A DNA stretch of 64,000 nucleotides, from assembly GCA_032718475.1 (NCBI GenBank), contig JAUCBJ010000640.1:1-64000 (forward strand). Direction: 5' to 3'. The position numbers and the translations under genes were made by a program. The DNA is from Nemertoderma westbladi (taxonomy: Eukaryota > Animalia > Xenacoelomorpha). Every line of letters begins with the position of its first letter. Position 1 is the first letter of the stretch. A model generated the notes under the pieces. The model saw only the letters and a program-made list of their open reading frames with translations. It did not search any database and was not told the DNA's origin. Of the stretch, positions 9,201 to 24,200 are shown one piece after another.

Positions 9201-12200
9201 GGGAGTTTAGGTTAATATACCTCCGAGGTGAGTAAATAAAGAGAGAGTTCAGGTTAATATACCCCGAGGTGAGTAAATAGAGAGAGAGTTTAGGTTAATA
9301 TACCTCCGAGGTGAGTAAATAAAGAGAGAGTTCAGGTTAATATACCCCGAGGTGAGTAAATAAAGAGGGAGTTTAGGTTAATATACCTCCGAGGTGAGTA
9401 AATAAAGAGAGAGTTTAGGTTAATATACCTCCGAGGTGAGTAAATAAAGAGAGAGTTTAGGTTAATATACCTCCGAGGTGAGTAAATAAAGAGAGAGTTC
9501 AGGTTAATATACCCCCGAGGTGAGTAAATAAAGAGAGAGTTTAGGTTAATATACCCCCGAGGTGAGTAAATAAAGAGAGAGTTTAGGTTAATATACCCCG
9601 AGGTGAGTAAATAAAGAGAGAGTTTAGGTTAATATACCTCCGAGGTGAGTAAATAAAGAGAGAGTTTAGGTTAATATACCTCCGAGGTGAGTAAATAAAG
9701 AGAGAGTTCAGGTTAATATACCCCGAGGTGAGTAAATAAAGAGGGAGTTTAGGTTAATATACCTCCGAGGTGAGTAAATAAAGAGAGAGTTCAGGTTAAT
9801 ATACCCCCGAGGTGAGTAAATAAAGAGAGAGTTTAGGTTAATATACCTCCGAGGTGAGTAAATAAAGAGGGAGTTTAGGTTAATATACCTCCGAGGTGAG
9901 TAAATAAAGAGAGAGTTCAGGTTAATATACCCCGAGGTGAGTAAATAAAGAGAGAGTTTAGGTTAATATACCTCCGAGGTGAGTAAATAAAGAGAGAGTT
10001 TAGGTTAATATACCTCCGAGGTGAGTAAATAAAGAGGGAGTTTAGGTTAATATACCTCCGAGGTGAGTAAATAAAGAGAGAGTTCAGGTTAATATACCCC
10101 GAGGTGAGTAAATAAAGAGAGAGTTTAGGTTAATATACCTCCGAGGTGAGTAAATAAAGAGAGAGTTTAGGTTAATATACCCCGAGGTGAGTAAATAAAG
10201 AGAGAGTTCAGGTTAATATACCCCCGAGGTGAGTAAATAAAGAGAGAGTTTAGGTTAATATACCCCGAGGTGAGTAAATAAAGAGAGAGTTCAGGTTAAT
10301 ATACCCCCGAGGTGAGTAAATAAAGAGAGAGTTTAGGTTAATATACCTCCGAGGTGAGTAAATAAAGAGGGAGTTTAGGTTAATATACCTCCGAGGTGAG
10401 TAAATAAAGAGGGAGTTTAGGTTAATATACCTCCGAGGTGAGTAAATAAAGAGAGAGTTTAGGTTAATATACCTCCGAGGTGAGTAAATAAAGAGGGAGT
10501 TTAGGTTAATATACCTCCGAGGTGAGTAAATAAAGAGAGAGTTCAGGTTAATATACCCCGAGGTGAGTAAATAAAGAGAGAGTTTAGGTTAATATACCTC
10601 CGAGGTGAGTAAATAAAGAGAGAGTTCAGGTTAATATACCCCGAGGTGAGTAAATAAAGAGGGAGTTTAGGTTAATATACCTCCGAGGTGAGTAAATAAA
10701 GAGAGAGTTCAGGTTAATATACCCCGAGGTGAGTAAATAAAGAGAGAGTTCAGGTTAATATACCCCGAGGTGAGTAAATAAAGAGGGAGTTTAGGTTAAT
10801 ATACCTCCGAGGTGAGTAAATAAAGAGAGAGTTCAGGTTAATATACCCCGAGGTGAGTAAATAAAGAGGGAGTTTAGGTTAATATACCTCCGAGGTGAGT
10901 AAATAAAGAGAGAGTTCAGGTTAATATACCCCGAGGTGAGTAAATAAAGAGGGAGTTTAGGTTAATATACCTCCGAGGTGAGTAAATAAAGAGAGAGTTC
11001 AGGTTAATATACCCCGAGGTGAGTAAATAGAGAGAGAGTTTAGGTTAATATACCTCCGAGGTGAGTAAATAAAGAGAGAGTTTAGGTTAATATACCTCCG
11101 AGGTGAGTAAATAAAGAGAGAGTTCAGGTTAATATACCCCGAGGTGAGTAAATAAAGAGGGAGTTTAGGTTAATATACCTCCGAGGTGAGTAAATAAAGA
11201 GAGAGTTTAGGTTAATATACCTCCGAGGTGAGTAAATAAAGAGAGAGTTTAGGTTAATATACCTCCGAGGTGAGTAAATAAAGAGAGAGTTCAGGTTAAT
11301 ATACCCCCGAGGTGAGTAAATAAAGAGAGAGTTTAGGTTAATATACCCCCGAGGTGAGTAAATAAAGAGAGAGTTTAGGTTAATATACCCCGAGGTGAGT
11401 AAATAAAGAGAGAGTTTAGGTTAATATACCTCCGAGGTGAGTAAATAAAGAGAGAGTTTAGGTTAATATACCTCCGAGGTGAGTAAATAAAGAGAGAGTT
11501 CAGGTTAATATACCCCGAGGTGAGTAAATAAAGAGGGAGTTTAGGTTAATATACCTCCGAGGTGAGTAAATAAAGAGAGAGTTCAGGTTAATATACCCCC
11601 GAGGTGAGTAAATAAAGAGAGAGTTTAGGTTAATATACCTCCGAGGTGAGTAAATAAAGAGGGAGTTTAGGTTAATATACCTCCGAGGTGAGTAAATAAA
11701 GAGAGAGTTCAGGTTAATATACCCCGAGGTGAGTAAATAAAGAGAGAGTTTAGGTTAATATACCTCCGAGGTGAGTAAATAAAGAGAGAGTTTAGGTTAA
11801 TATACCTCCGAGGTGAGTAAATAAAGAGGGAGTTTAGGTTAATATACCTCCGAGGTGAGTAAATAAAGAGAGAGTTCAGGTTAATATACCCCGAGGTGAG
11901 TAAATAAAGAGAGAGTTTAGGTTAATATACCTCCGAGGTGAGTAAATAAAGAGAGAGTTTAGGTTAATATACCCCGAGGTGAGTAAATAAAGAGAGAGTT
12001 CAGGTTAATATACCCCCGAGGTGAGTAAATAAAGAGAGAGTTTAGGTTAATATACCCCGAGGTGAGTAAATAAAGAGAGAGTTCAGGTTAATATACCCCC
12101 GAGGTGAGTAAATAAAGAGAGAGTTTAGGTTAATATACCTCCGAGGTGAGTAAATAAAGAGGGAGTTTAGGTTAATATACCTCCGAGGTGAGTAAATAAA

Positions 12201-15200
12201 GAGGGAGTTTAGGTTAATATACCTCCGAGGTGAGTAAATAAAGAGAGAGTTTAGGTTAATATACCTCCGAGGTGAGTAAATAAAGAGGGAGTTTAGGTTA
12301 ATATACCTCCGAGGTGAGTAAATAAAGAGAGAGTTCAGGTTAATATACCCCGAGGTGAGTAAATAAAGAGAGAGTTTAGGTTAATATACCTCCGAGGTGA
12401 GTAAATAAAGAGAGAGTTCAGGTTAATATACCCCGAGGTGAGTAAATAAAGAGGGAGTTTAGGTTAATATACCTCCGAGGTGAGTAAATAAAGAGAGAGT
12501 TCAGGTTAATATACCCCGAGGTGAGTAAATAAAGAGAGAGTTTAGGTTAATATACCCCCGAGGTGAGTAAATAAAGAGAGAGTTTAGGTTAATATACCTC
12601 CGAGGTGAGTAAATAAAGAGGGAGTTTAGGTTAATATACCTCCGAGGTGAGTAAATAAAGAGAGAGTTCAGGTTAATATACCTCCGAGGTGAGTAAATAA
12701 AGAGAGAGTTCAGGTTAATATACCTCCGAGGTGAGTAAATAAAGAGAGAGTTTAGGTTAATATACCTCCGAGGTGAGTAAATAAAGAGGGAGTTTAGGTT
12801 AATATACCTCCGAGGTGAGTAAATAAAGAGAGAGTTCAGGTTAATATACCCCCGAGGTGAGTAAATAAAGAGAGAGTTTAGGTTAATATACCCCCGAGGT
12901 GAGTAAATAAAGAGAGAGTTTAGGTTAATATACCTCCGAGGTGAGTAAATAAAGAGGGAGTTTAGGTTAATATACCTCCGAGGTGAGTAAATAAAGAGAG
13001 AGTTTAGGTTAATATACCCCCGAGGTGAGTAAATAAAGAGAGAGTTCAGGTTAATATACCCCGAGGTGAGTAAATAAAGAGGGAGTTTAGGTTAATATAC
13101 CTCCGAGGTGAGTAAATAAAGAGGGAGTTTAGGTTAATATACCTCCGAGGTGAGTAAATAAAGAGAGAGTTTAGGTTAATATACCCCCGAGGTGAGTAAA
13201 TAAAGAGAGAGTTCAGGTTAATATACCCCGAGGTGAGTAAATAAAGAGAGAGTTTAGGTTAATATACCCCCGAGGTGAGTAAATAAAGAGAGAGTTCAGG
13301 TTAATATACCCCGAGGTGAGTAAATAAAGAGGGAGTTTAGGTTAATATACCTCCGAGGTGAGTAAATAAAGAGAGAGTTCAGGTTAATATACCCCGAGGT
13401 GAGTAAATAAAGAGAGAGTTTAGGTTAATATACCCCGAGGTGAGTAAATAAAGAGAGAGTTTAGGTTAATATACCTCCGAGGTGAGTAAATAAAGAGAGA
13501 GTTCAGGTTAATATACCCCCGAGGTGAGTAAATAAAGAGAGAGTTTAGGTTAATATACCTCCGAGGTGAGTAAATAAAGAGGGAGTTTAGGTTAATATAC
13601 CTCCGAGGTGAGTAAATAAAGAGAGAGTTCAGGTTAATACACCCCGAGGTGAGTAAATAAAGAGAGAGTTTAGGTTAATATACCCCCGAGGTGAGTAAAT
13701 AAAGAGAGAGTTCAGGTTAATATACCCCCGAGGTGAGTAAATAAAGAGAGAGTTTAGGTTAATATACCCCCGAGGTGAGTAAATAAAGAGAGAGTTTAGG
13801 TTAATATACCTCCGAGGTGAGTAAATAAAGAGAGAGTTTAGGTTAATATACCCCCGAGGTGAGTAAATAAAGAGAGAGTTTAGGTTAATATACCCCCGAG
13901 GTGAGTAAATAAAGAGAGAGTTTAGGTTAATATACCTCCGCGGTGAGTAAATAAAGAGAGAGTTTAGGTTAATATACCCCCGAGGTGAGTAAATAAAGAG
14001 AGAGTTTAGGTTAATATACCCCCGAGGTGAGTAAATAAAGAGAGAGTTTAGGTTAATATACCCCCGAGGTGAGTAAATAAAGAGAGAGTTCAGGTTAATA
14101 TACCTCCGAGGTGAGTAAATAAAGAGAGAGTTCAGGTTAATATACCCCGAGGTGAGTAAATAAAGAGGGAGTTTAGGTTAATATACCTCCGAGGTGAGTA
14201 AATAAAGAGAGAGTTCAGGTTAATATACCTCCGAGGTGAGTAAATAAAGAGAGAGTTTAGGTTAATATACCCCCGAGGTGAGTAAATAAAGAGAGAGTTT
14301 AGGTTAATATACCCCCGAGGTGAGTAAATAAAGAGAGAGTTCAGGTTAATATACCTCCGAGATGAGTAAATAAAGAGAGAGTTCAGGTTAATATACCTCC
14401 GAGGTGAGTAAATAAAGAGAGAGTTTAGGTTAATATACCCCGAGGTGAGTAAATAAAGAGAGAGTTTAGGTTAATATACCCCCGAGGTGAGTAAATAAAG
14501 AGAGAGTTTAGGTTAATATACCCCCGAGGTGAGTAAATAAAGAGAGAGTTTAGGTTAATATACCCCGAGGTGAGTAAATAAAGAGAGAGTTTAGGTTAAT
14601 ATACCCCCGAGGTGAGTAAATAAAGAGAGAGTTTAGGTTAATATACCCCCGAGGTGAGTAAATAAAGAGAGAGTTTAGGTTAATATACCCCCGAGGTTAG
14701 TAAATAAAGAGAGAGTTTAGGTTAATATACCTCCGAGGTGAGTAAATAAAGAGAGAGTTCAGGTTAATATACCCCGAGGTGAGTAAATAAAGAGAGAGTT
14801 TAGGTTAATATACCTCCGAGGTGAGTAAATAAAGAGAGAGTTTAGGTTAATATACCCCGAGGTTAGTAAATAAAGAGAGAGTTTAGGTTAATATACCCCC
14901 GAGGTGAGTAAATAAAGAGGGAGTAGTTCAGGTTAATATAACTCCGAGGTGAGTAAATAAAGAGGGAGTTTAGGTTAATATACCCCCGAGGTGAGTAAAT
15001 AAAGAGGGAGTTTAGGTTAATATACCCCCGAGGTGAGTAAATAAAGAGAGAGTTTAGGTTAATATACCCCCGAGGTGAGTAAATAAAGAGAGAGTAGTTC
15101 AGGTTAATATACCCCCGAGGTGAGTAAATAAAGAGAGAGTTTAGGTTAATATACCCCCGAGGTGAGTAAATAAAGAGAGAGTTCAGGTTAATATACCCCC

Positions 15201-18200
15201 GAGGTGAGTAAATAAAGAGAGAGTTTAGGTTAATATACCTCCGAGGTGAGTAAATAAAGAGAGAGTTTAGGTTAATATACCCCCGAGGTGAGTAAATAAA
15301 GAGAGAGTTTAGGTTAATATACCTCCGAGGTGAGTAAATAAAGAGGGAGTTTAGGTTAATATACCCCCGAGGTGAGTAAATAAAGAGAGAGTTTAGGTTA
15401 ATATACCCCCGAGGTGAGTAAATAAAGAGAGAGTTTAGGTTAATATACCCCCGAGGTGAGTAAATAAAGAGAGAGTTCAGGTTAATATACCTCCGAGATG
15501 AGTAAATAAAGAGAGAGTTCAGGTTAATATACCTCCGAGGTGAGTAAATAAAGAGAGAGTTTAGGTTAATATACCCCGAGGTGAGTAAATAAAGAGAGAG
15601 TTTAGGTTAATATACCCCCGAGGTGAGTAAATAAAGAGAGAGTTCAGGTTAATATACCTCCGAGATGAGTAAATAAAGAGAGAGTTCAGGTTAATATACC
15701 TCCGAGGTGAGTAAATAAAGAGAGAGTTTAGGTTAATATACCCCGAGGTGAGTAAATAAAGAGAGAGTTTAGGTTAATATACCCCCGAGGTGAGTAAATA
15801 AAGAGAGAGTAGTTCAGGTTAATATACCCCCGAGGTGAGTAAATAAAGAGAGAGTTTAGGTTAATATACCCCCGAGGTGAGTAAATAAAGAGAGAGTTCA
15901 GGTTAATATACCTCCGAGATGAGTAAATAAAGAGAGAGTTCAGGTTAATATACCTCCGAGGTGAGTAAATAAAGAGAGAGTTTAGGTTAATATACCTCCG
16001 AGGTGAGTAAATAAAGAGAGAGTTTAGGTTAATATACCCCCGAGGTGAGTAAATAAAGAGAGAGTTTAGGTTAATATACCCCCGAGGTGAGTAAATAAAG
16101 AGAGAGTTCAGGTTAATATACCTCCGAGGTGAGTAAATAAAGAGGGAGTAGTTCAGGTTAATATACCCCCGAGGTGAGTAAATAAAGAGAGAGTTTAGGT
16201 TAATATACCTCCGAGGTGAGTAAATAAAGAGAGAGTTCAGGTTAATATACCTCCGAGATGAGTAAATAAAGAGAGAGTTCAGGTTAATATACCTCCGAGG
16301 TGAGTAAATAAAGAGAGAGTTTAGGTTAATATACCCCCGAGGTGAGTAAATAAAGAGAGAGTTTAGGTTAATATACCCCCGAGGTGAGTAAATAAAGAGA
16401 GAGTTCAGGTTAATATACCTCCGAGGTGAGTAAATAAAGAGGGAGTAGTTCAGGTTAATATACCCCCGAGGTGAGTAAATAAAGAGAGAGTTTAGGTTAA
16501 TATACCTCCGAGGTGAGTAAATAAAGAGGGAGTAGTTCAGGTTAATATACCTCCGAGGTGAGTAAATAAAGAGAGAGTTCAGGTTAATATACCTCCGAGG
16601 TGAGTAAATAAAGAGGGAGTAGTTCAGGTTAATATACTTCCGAGGTGAGTAAATAAAGAGAGAGTAGTTCAGGTTAATATACTTCCGAGGTGAGTAAATA
16701 AAGAGAGAGTAGTTCAGGTTAATATACCTCCGAGGTGAGTAAATAAAGAGGGAGTTTAGGTTAATATACCCCCGAGGTGAGTAAATAAAGAGAGAGTTTA
16801 GGTTAATATACCTCCGAGGTGAGTAAATAAAGAGAGAGTTTAGGTTAATATACCTCCGAGGTGAGTAAATAAAGAGAGAGTTTAGGTTAATATACCTCCG
16901 AGGTGAGTAAATAAAGAGAGAGTTTAGGTTAATATACCCCCGAGGTGAGTAAATAAAGAGAGAGTTCAGGTTAATATACCTCCGAGGTGAGTAAATAAAG
17001 AGGGAGTAGTTCAGGTTAATATACCCCCGAGGTGAGTAAATAAAGAGAGAGTTCAGGTTAATATACCCCCGAGGTGAGTAAATAAAGAGAGAGTTCAGGT
17101 TAATATACCCCCGAGGTGAGTAAATAAAGAGAGAGTTCAGGTTAATATACCCCCGAGGTGAGTAAATAAAGAGAGAGTTCAGGTTAATATACCCCCGAGG
17201 TGAGTAAATAAAGAGAGAGTTCAGGTTAATATACCTCCGAGGTGAGTAAATAAAGAGGGAGTAGTTCAGGTTAATATACCCCCGAGGTGAGTAAATAAAG
17301 AGAGAGTTCAGGTTAATATACCTCCGAGGTGAGTAAATAAAGAGAGAGTTTAGGTTAATATACCCCCGAGGTGAGTAAATAAAGAGAGAGTTTAGGTTAA
17401 TATACCTCCGAGGTGAGTAAATAAAGAGGGAGTAGTTCAGGTTAATATACCTCCGAGGTGAGTAAATAAAGAGAGAGTTTAGGTTAATATACCCCCGAGG
17501 TGAGTAAATAAAGAGAGAGTTTAGGTTAATATACCCCCGAGGTGAGTAAATAAAGAGAGAGTTCAGGTTAATATACCTCCGAGGTGAGTAAATAAAGAGG
17601 GAGTAGTTCAGGTTAATATACTTCCGAGGTGAGTAAATAAAGAGAGAGTAGTTCAGGTTAATATACCTCCGAGGTGAGTAAATAAAGAGGGAGTTTAGGT
17701 TAATATACCCCCGAGGTGAGTAAATAAAGAGAGAGTTTAGGTTAATATACCTCCGAGGTGAGTAAATAAAGAGGGAGTAGTTCAGGTTAATATACTTCCG
17801 AGGTGAGTAAATAAAGAGAGAGTAGTTCAGGTTAATATACCTCCGAGGTGAGTAAATAAAGAGGGAGTTTAGGTTAATATACCCCCGAGGTGAGTAAATA
17901 AAGAGAGAGTTTAGGTTAATATACCTCCGAGGTGAGTAAATAAAGAGAGAGTTTAGGTTAATATACCTCCGAGGTGAGTAAATAAAGAGAGAGTTTAGGT
18001 TAATATACCCCCGAGGTGAGTAAATAAAGAGGGAGTTTAGGTTAATATACCCCCGAGGTGAGTAAATAAAGAGGGAGTAGTTCAGGTTAATATACCCCCG
18101 AGGTGAGTAAATAAAGAGAGAGTTTAGGTTAATATACCTCCGAGGTGAGTAAATAAAGAGGGAGTAGTTCAGGTTAATATACCCCCGAGGTGAGTAAATA

Positions 18201-21200
18201 AAGAGAGAGTTTAGGTTAATATACCTCCGAGGTGAGTAAATAAAGAGAGAGTTTAGGTTAATATACCTCCGAGGTGAGTAAATAAAGAGGGAGTAGTTTA
18301 GGTTAATATACCTCCGAGGTGAGTAAATAAAGAGGGAGTAGTTCAGGTTAATATACCTCCGAGGTGAGTAAATAAAGAGGGAGTTTAGGTTAATATACCC
18401 CCGAGGTGAGTAAATAAAGAGAGAGTTTAGGTTAATATACCCCCGAGGTGAGTAAATAAAGAGAGAGTTTAGGTTAATATACCTCCGAGGTGAGTAAATA
18501 AAGAGAGAGTTCAGGTTAATATACCCCCGAGGTGAGTAAATAAAGAGGGAGTAGTTCAGGTTAATATACCTCCGAGGTGAGTAAATAAAGAGGGAGTTTA
18601 GGTTAATATACCCCCGAGGTGAGTAAATAAAGAGAGAGTTTAGGTTAATATACCCCCGAGGTGAGTAAATAAAGAGAGAGTTTAGGTTAATATACCTCCG
18701 AGGTGAGTAAATAAAGAGAGAGTTCAGGTTAATATACCCCCGAGGTGAGTAAATAAAGAGGGAGTTCAGGTTAATATACCTCCGATGTGAGTAAATAAAG
18801 AGAGAGTTTAGGTTAATATACCCCCGAGGTGAGTAAATAAAGAGGGAGTAGTTCAGGTTAATATACCCCGAGGTGAGTAAATAAAGAGGGAGTTCAGGTT
18901 AATATACCTCCGATGTGAGTAAATAAAGAGAGAGTTTAGGTTAATATACCCCCGAGGTGAGTAAATAAAGAGGGAGTAGTTCAGGTTAATATACCTCCGC
19001 GGTGAGTAAATAAAGAGAGAGTTTAGGTTAATATACCTCCGAGGTGAGTAAATAAAGAGAGAGTTTAGGTTAATATACCTCCGAGGTGAGTAAATAAAGA
19101 GAGAGTTTAGGTTAATATACCCCCGAGGTGAGTAAATAAAGAGAGAGTTTAGGTTAATATACCTCCGAGGTGAGTAAATAAAGAGAGAGTTTAGGTTAAT
19201 ATACCCCCGAGGTGAGTAAATAAAGAGAGAGTTTAGGTTAATATACCTCCGAGGTGAGTAAATAAAGAGAGAGTTTAGGTTAATATACCCCCGAGGTGAG
19301 TAAATAAAGAGGGAGTAGTTCAGGTTAATATACCCCGAGGTGAGTAAATAAAGAGAGAGTTCAGGTTAATATACCTCCGAGGTGAGTAAATAAAGAGAGA
19401 GTTTAGGTTAATATACCCCCGAGGTGAGTAAATAAAGAGGGAGTAGTTCAGGTTAATATACCCCCGAGGTGAGTAAATAAAGAGGGAGTTTAGGTTAATA
19501 TACCTCCGAGGTGAGTAAATAAAGAGAGAGTTTAGGTTAATATACCCCCGAGGTGAGTAAATAAAGAGAGAGTTCAGGTTAATATACCTCCGAGGTGAGT
19601 AAATAAAGAGAGAGTTTAGGTTAATATACCCCGAGGTGAGTAAATAAAGAGAGAGTTTAGGTTAATATACCTCCGAGGTGAGTAAATAAAGAGGGAGTAG
19701 TTCAGGTTAATATACTTCCGAGGTGAGTAAATAAAGAGGGAGTTTAGGTTAATATACCCCCGAGGTGAGTAAATAAAGAGAGAGTAGTTCAGGTTAATAT
19801 ACCCCCGAGGTGAGTAAATAAAGAGAGAGTTTAGGTTAATATACCTCCGAGGTGAGTAAATAAAGAGGGAGTTTAGGTTAATATACCTCCGAGGTGAGTA
19901 AATAAAGAGAGAGTAGTTCAGGTTAATATACCCCCGAGGTGAGTAAATAAAGAGAGAGTTTAGGTTAATATACCTCCGAGGTGAGTAAATAAAGAGGGAG
20001 TTTAGGTTAATATACCCCCGAGGTGAGTAAATAAAGAGAGAGTAGTTCAGGTTAATATACCCCCGAGGTGAGTAAATAAAGAGAGAGTTTAGGTTAATAT
20101 ACCCCCGAGGTGAGTAAATAAAGAGAGAGTTTAGGTTAATATACCCCCGAGGTGAGTAAATAAAGAGAGAGTTCAGGTTAATATACCTCCGAGGTGAGTA
20201 AATAAAGAGAGAGTTTAGGTTAATATACCCCGAGGTGAGTAAATAAAGAGAGAGTTTAGGTTAATATACCCCCGAGGTGAGTAAATAAAGAGAGAGTAGT
20301 TCAGGTTAATATACCCCCGAGGTGAGTAAATAAAGAGAGAGTTTAGGTTAATATACCCCCGAGGTGAGTAAATAAAGAGAGAGTTTAGGTTAATATACCC
20401 CCGAGGTGAGTAAATAAAGAGAGAGTTCAGGTTAATATACCTCCGAGGTGAGTAAATAAAGAGAGAGTTTAGGTTAATATACCTCCGAGGTGAGTAAATA
20501 AAGAGAGAGTTTAGGTTAATATACCTCCGAGGTGAGTAAATAAAGAGAGAGTTTAGGTTAATATACCCCGAGGTGAGTAAATAAAGAGGGAGTAGTTCAG
20601 GTTAATATACCTCCGAGGTGAGTAAATAAAGAGAGAGTTTAGGTTAATATACCTCCGAGGTGAGTAAATAAAGAGAGAGTTTAGGTTAATATACCCCGAG
20701 GTGAGTAAATAAAGAGGGAGTAGTTCAGGTTAATATACCTCCGAGGTGAGTAAATAAAGAGGGAGTAGTTCAGGTTAATATACCCCGAGGTGAGTAAATA
20801 AAGAGGGAGTTTAGGTTAATATACCCCCGAGGTGAGTAAATAAAGAGGGAGTAGTTCAGGTTAATATACCTCCGAGGTGAGTAAATAAAGAGGGAGTAGT
20901 TCAGGTTAATATACTTCCGAGGTGAGTAAATAAAGAGAGAGTTCAGGTTAATATACCCCCGAGGTGAGTAAATAAAGAGGGAGTTTAGGTTAATATACCC
21001 CGAGGTGAGTAAATAAAGAGGGAGTAGTTCAGGTTAATATACTTCCGAGGTGAGTAAATAAAGAGAGAGTTCAGGTTAATATACCCCCGAGGTGAGTAAA
21101 TAAAGAGAGAGTTTAGGTTAATATACCCCGAGGTGAGTAAATAAAGAGGGAGTAGTTCAGGTTAATATACCTCCGAGGTGAGTAAATAAAGAGAGAGTTT

Positions 21201-24200
21201 AGGTTAATATACCTCCGAGGTGAGTAAATAAAGAGAGAGTTTAGGTTAATATACCTCCGAGGTGAGTAAATAAAGAGAGAGTTCAGGTTAATATACCTCC
21301 GAGGTGAGTAAATAAAGAGAGAGTTTAGGTTAATATACCTCCGAGGTGAGTAAATAAAGAGAGAGTTTAGGTTAATATACCCCCGAGGTGAGTAAATAAA
21401 GAGAGAGTTTAGGTTAATATACCCCCGATGTGAGTAAATAAAGAGAGAGTTTAGGTTAATATACCCCCGAGGTGAGTAAATAAAGAGAGAGTTCAGGTTA
21501 ATATACCTCCGAGATGAGTAAATAAAGAGAGAGTTCAGGTTAATATACCTCCGAGGTGAGTAAATAAAGAGAGAGTTTAGGTTAATATACCTCCGAGGTG
21601 AGTAAATAAAGAGAGAGTTTAGGTTAATATACCTCCGAGGTGAGTAAATAAAGAGGGAGTAGTTCAGGTTAATATACTTCCGAGGTGAGTAAATAAAGAG
21701 AGAGTTTAGGTTAATATACCCCCGAGGTGAGTAAATAAAGAGGGAGTTTAGGTTAATATACCCCCGAGGTGAGTAAATAAAGAGAGAGTTTAGGTTAATA
21801 TACCTCCGAGGTGAGTAAATAAAGAGGGAGTTCAGGTTAATATACCTCCGAGGTGAGTAAATAAAGAGAGAGTTTAGGTTAATATACCCCCGAGGTGAGT
21901 AAATAAAGAGGGAGTTTAGGTTAATATACCCCGAGGTGAGTAAATAAAGAGAGAGTTCAGGTTAATATACCTCCGAGGTGAGTAAATAAAGAGAGAGTTT
22001 AGGTTAATATACCCCCGAGGTGAGTAAATAAAGAGAGAGTTTAGGTTAATATACCCCCGAGGTGAGTAAATAAAGAGAGAGTTTAGGTTAATATACCCCC
22101 GAGGTGAGTAAATAAAGAGAGAGTTTAGGTTAATATACCCCCGAGGTGAGTAAATAAAGAGAGAGTTTAGGTTAATATACCCCCGAGGTGAGTAAATAAA
22201 GAGAGAGTTCAGGTTAATATACCTCCGAGATGAGTAAATAAAGAGAGAGTTCAGGTTAATATACCTCCGAGGTGAGTAAATAAAGAGAGAGTTTAGGTTA
22301 ATATACCTCCGAGGTGAGTAAATAAAGAGAGAGTTTAGGTTAATATACCCCCGAGGTGAGTAAATAAAGAGGGAGTAGTTCAGGTTAATATACCTCCGAG
22401 GTGAGTAAATAAAGAGAGAGTTTAGGTTAATATACCTCCGAGGTGAGTAAATAAAGAGGGAGTTCAGGTTAATATACCCCCGAGGTGAGTAAATAAAGAG
22501 GGAGTAGTTCAGGTTAATATACCTCCGCGGTGAGTAAATAAAGAGAGAGTTTAGGTTAATATACCTCCGAGGTGAGTAAATAAAGAGAGAGTTTAGGTTA
22601 ATATACCCCCGAGGTGAGTAAATAAAGAGGGAGTTTAGGTTAATATACCTCCGAGGTGAGTAAATAAAGAGAGAGTTTAGGTTAATATACCCCCGAGGTG
22701 AGTAAATAAAGAGAGAGTTTAGGTTAATATACCTCCGAGGTGAGTAAATAAAGAGAGAGTAGTTCAGGTTAATATACCCCCGAGGTGAGTAAATAAAGAG
22801 AGAGTTTAGGTTAATATACCTCCGAGGTGAGTAAATAAAGAGAGAGTTTAGGTTAATATACCTCCGAGGTGAGTAAATAAAGAGAGAGTTTAGGTTAATA
22901 TACCTCCGAGGTGAGTAAATAAAGAGAGAGTTTAGGTTAATATACCCCCGAGGTGAGTAAATAAAGAGAGAGTTTAGGTTAATATACCTCCGAGGTGAGT
23001 AAATAAAGAGAGAGTAGTTCAGGTTAATATACCTCCGCGGTGAGTAAATAAAGAGAGAGTTTAGGTTAATATACCTCCGAGGTGAGTAAATAAAGAGAGA
23101 GTTTAGGTTAATATACCTCCGAGGTGAGTAAATAAAGAGAGAGTTTAGGTTAATATACCCCCGAGGTGAGTAAATAAAGAGAGAGTTTAGGTTAATATAC
23201 CTCCGAGGTGAGTAAATAAAGAGAGAGTAGTTCAGGTTAATATACCCCCGAGGTGAGTAAATAAAGAGAGAGTTTAGGTTAATATACCTCCGAGGTGAGT
23301 AAATAAAGAGGGAGTTTAGGTTAATATACCCCCGAGGTGAGTAAATAAAGAGAGAGTTTAGGTTAATATACCCCCGAGGTGAGTAAATAAAGAGAGAGTT
23401 TAGGTTAATATACCTCCGAGGTGAGTAAATAAAGAGAGAGTAGTTCAGGTTAATATACCCCCGAGGTGAGTAAATAAAGAGAGAGTTTAGGTTAATATAC
23501 CTCCGACGTGAGTAAATAAAGAGAGAGTTTAGGTTAATATACCTCCGAGGTGAGTAAATAAAGAGAGAGTTTAGGTTAATATACCCCCGAGGTGAGTAAA
23601 TAAAGAGAGAGTTTAGGTTAATATACCTCCGAGGTGAGTAAATAAAGAGGGAGTTTAGGTTAATATACCCCCGAGGTGAGTAAATAAAGAGAGAGTTTAG
23701 GTTAATATACCTCCGAGGTGAGTAAATAAAGAGAGAGTTTAGGTTAATATACCTCCGAGGTGAGTAAATAAAGAGAGAGTAGTTCAGGTTAATATACCTC
23801 CGAGGTGAGTAAATAAAGAGAGAGTAGTTCAGGTTAATATACCCCCGAGGTGAGTAAATAAAGAGAGAGTTTAGGTTAATATACCTCCGAGGTGAGTAAA
23901 TAAAGAGGGAGTTTAGGTTAATATACCCCCGAGGTGAGTAAATAAAGAGAGAGTTTAGGTTAATATACCTCCGAGGTGAGTAAATAAAGAGAGAGTTTAG
24001 GTTAATATACCCCCGAGGTGAGTAAATAAAGAGAGAGTTTAGGTTAATATACCCCCGAGGTGAGTAAATAAAGAGAGAGTTTAGGTTAATATACCCCCGA
24101 GGTGAGTAAATAAAGAGAGAGTTCAGGTTAATATACCTCCGAGATGAGTAAATAAAGAGAGAGTTCAGGTTAATATACCTCCGAGGTGAGTAAATAAAGA

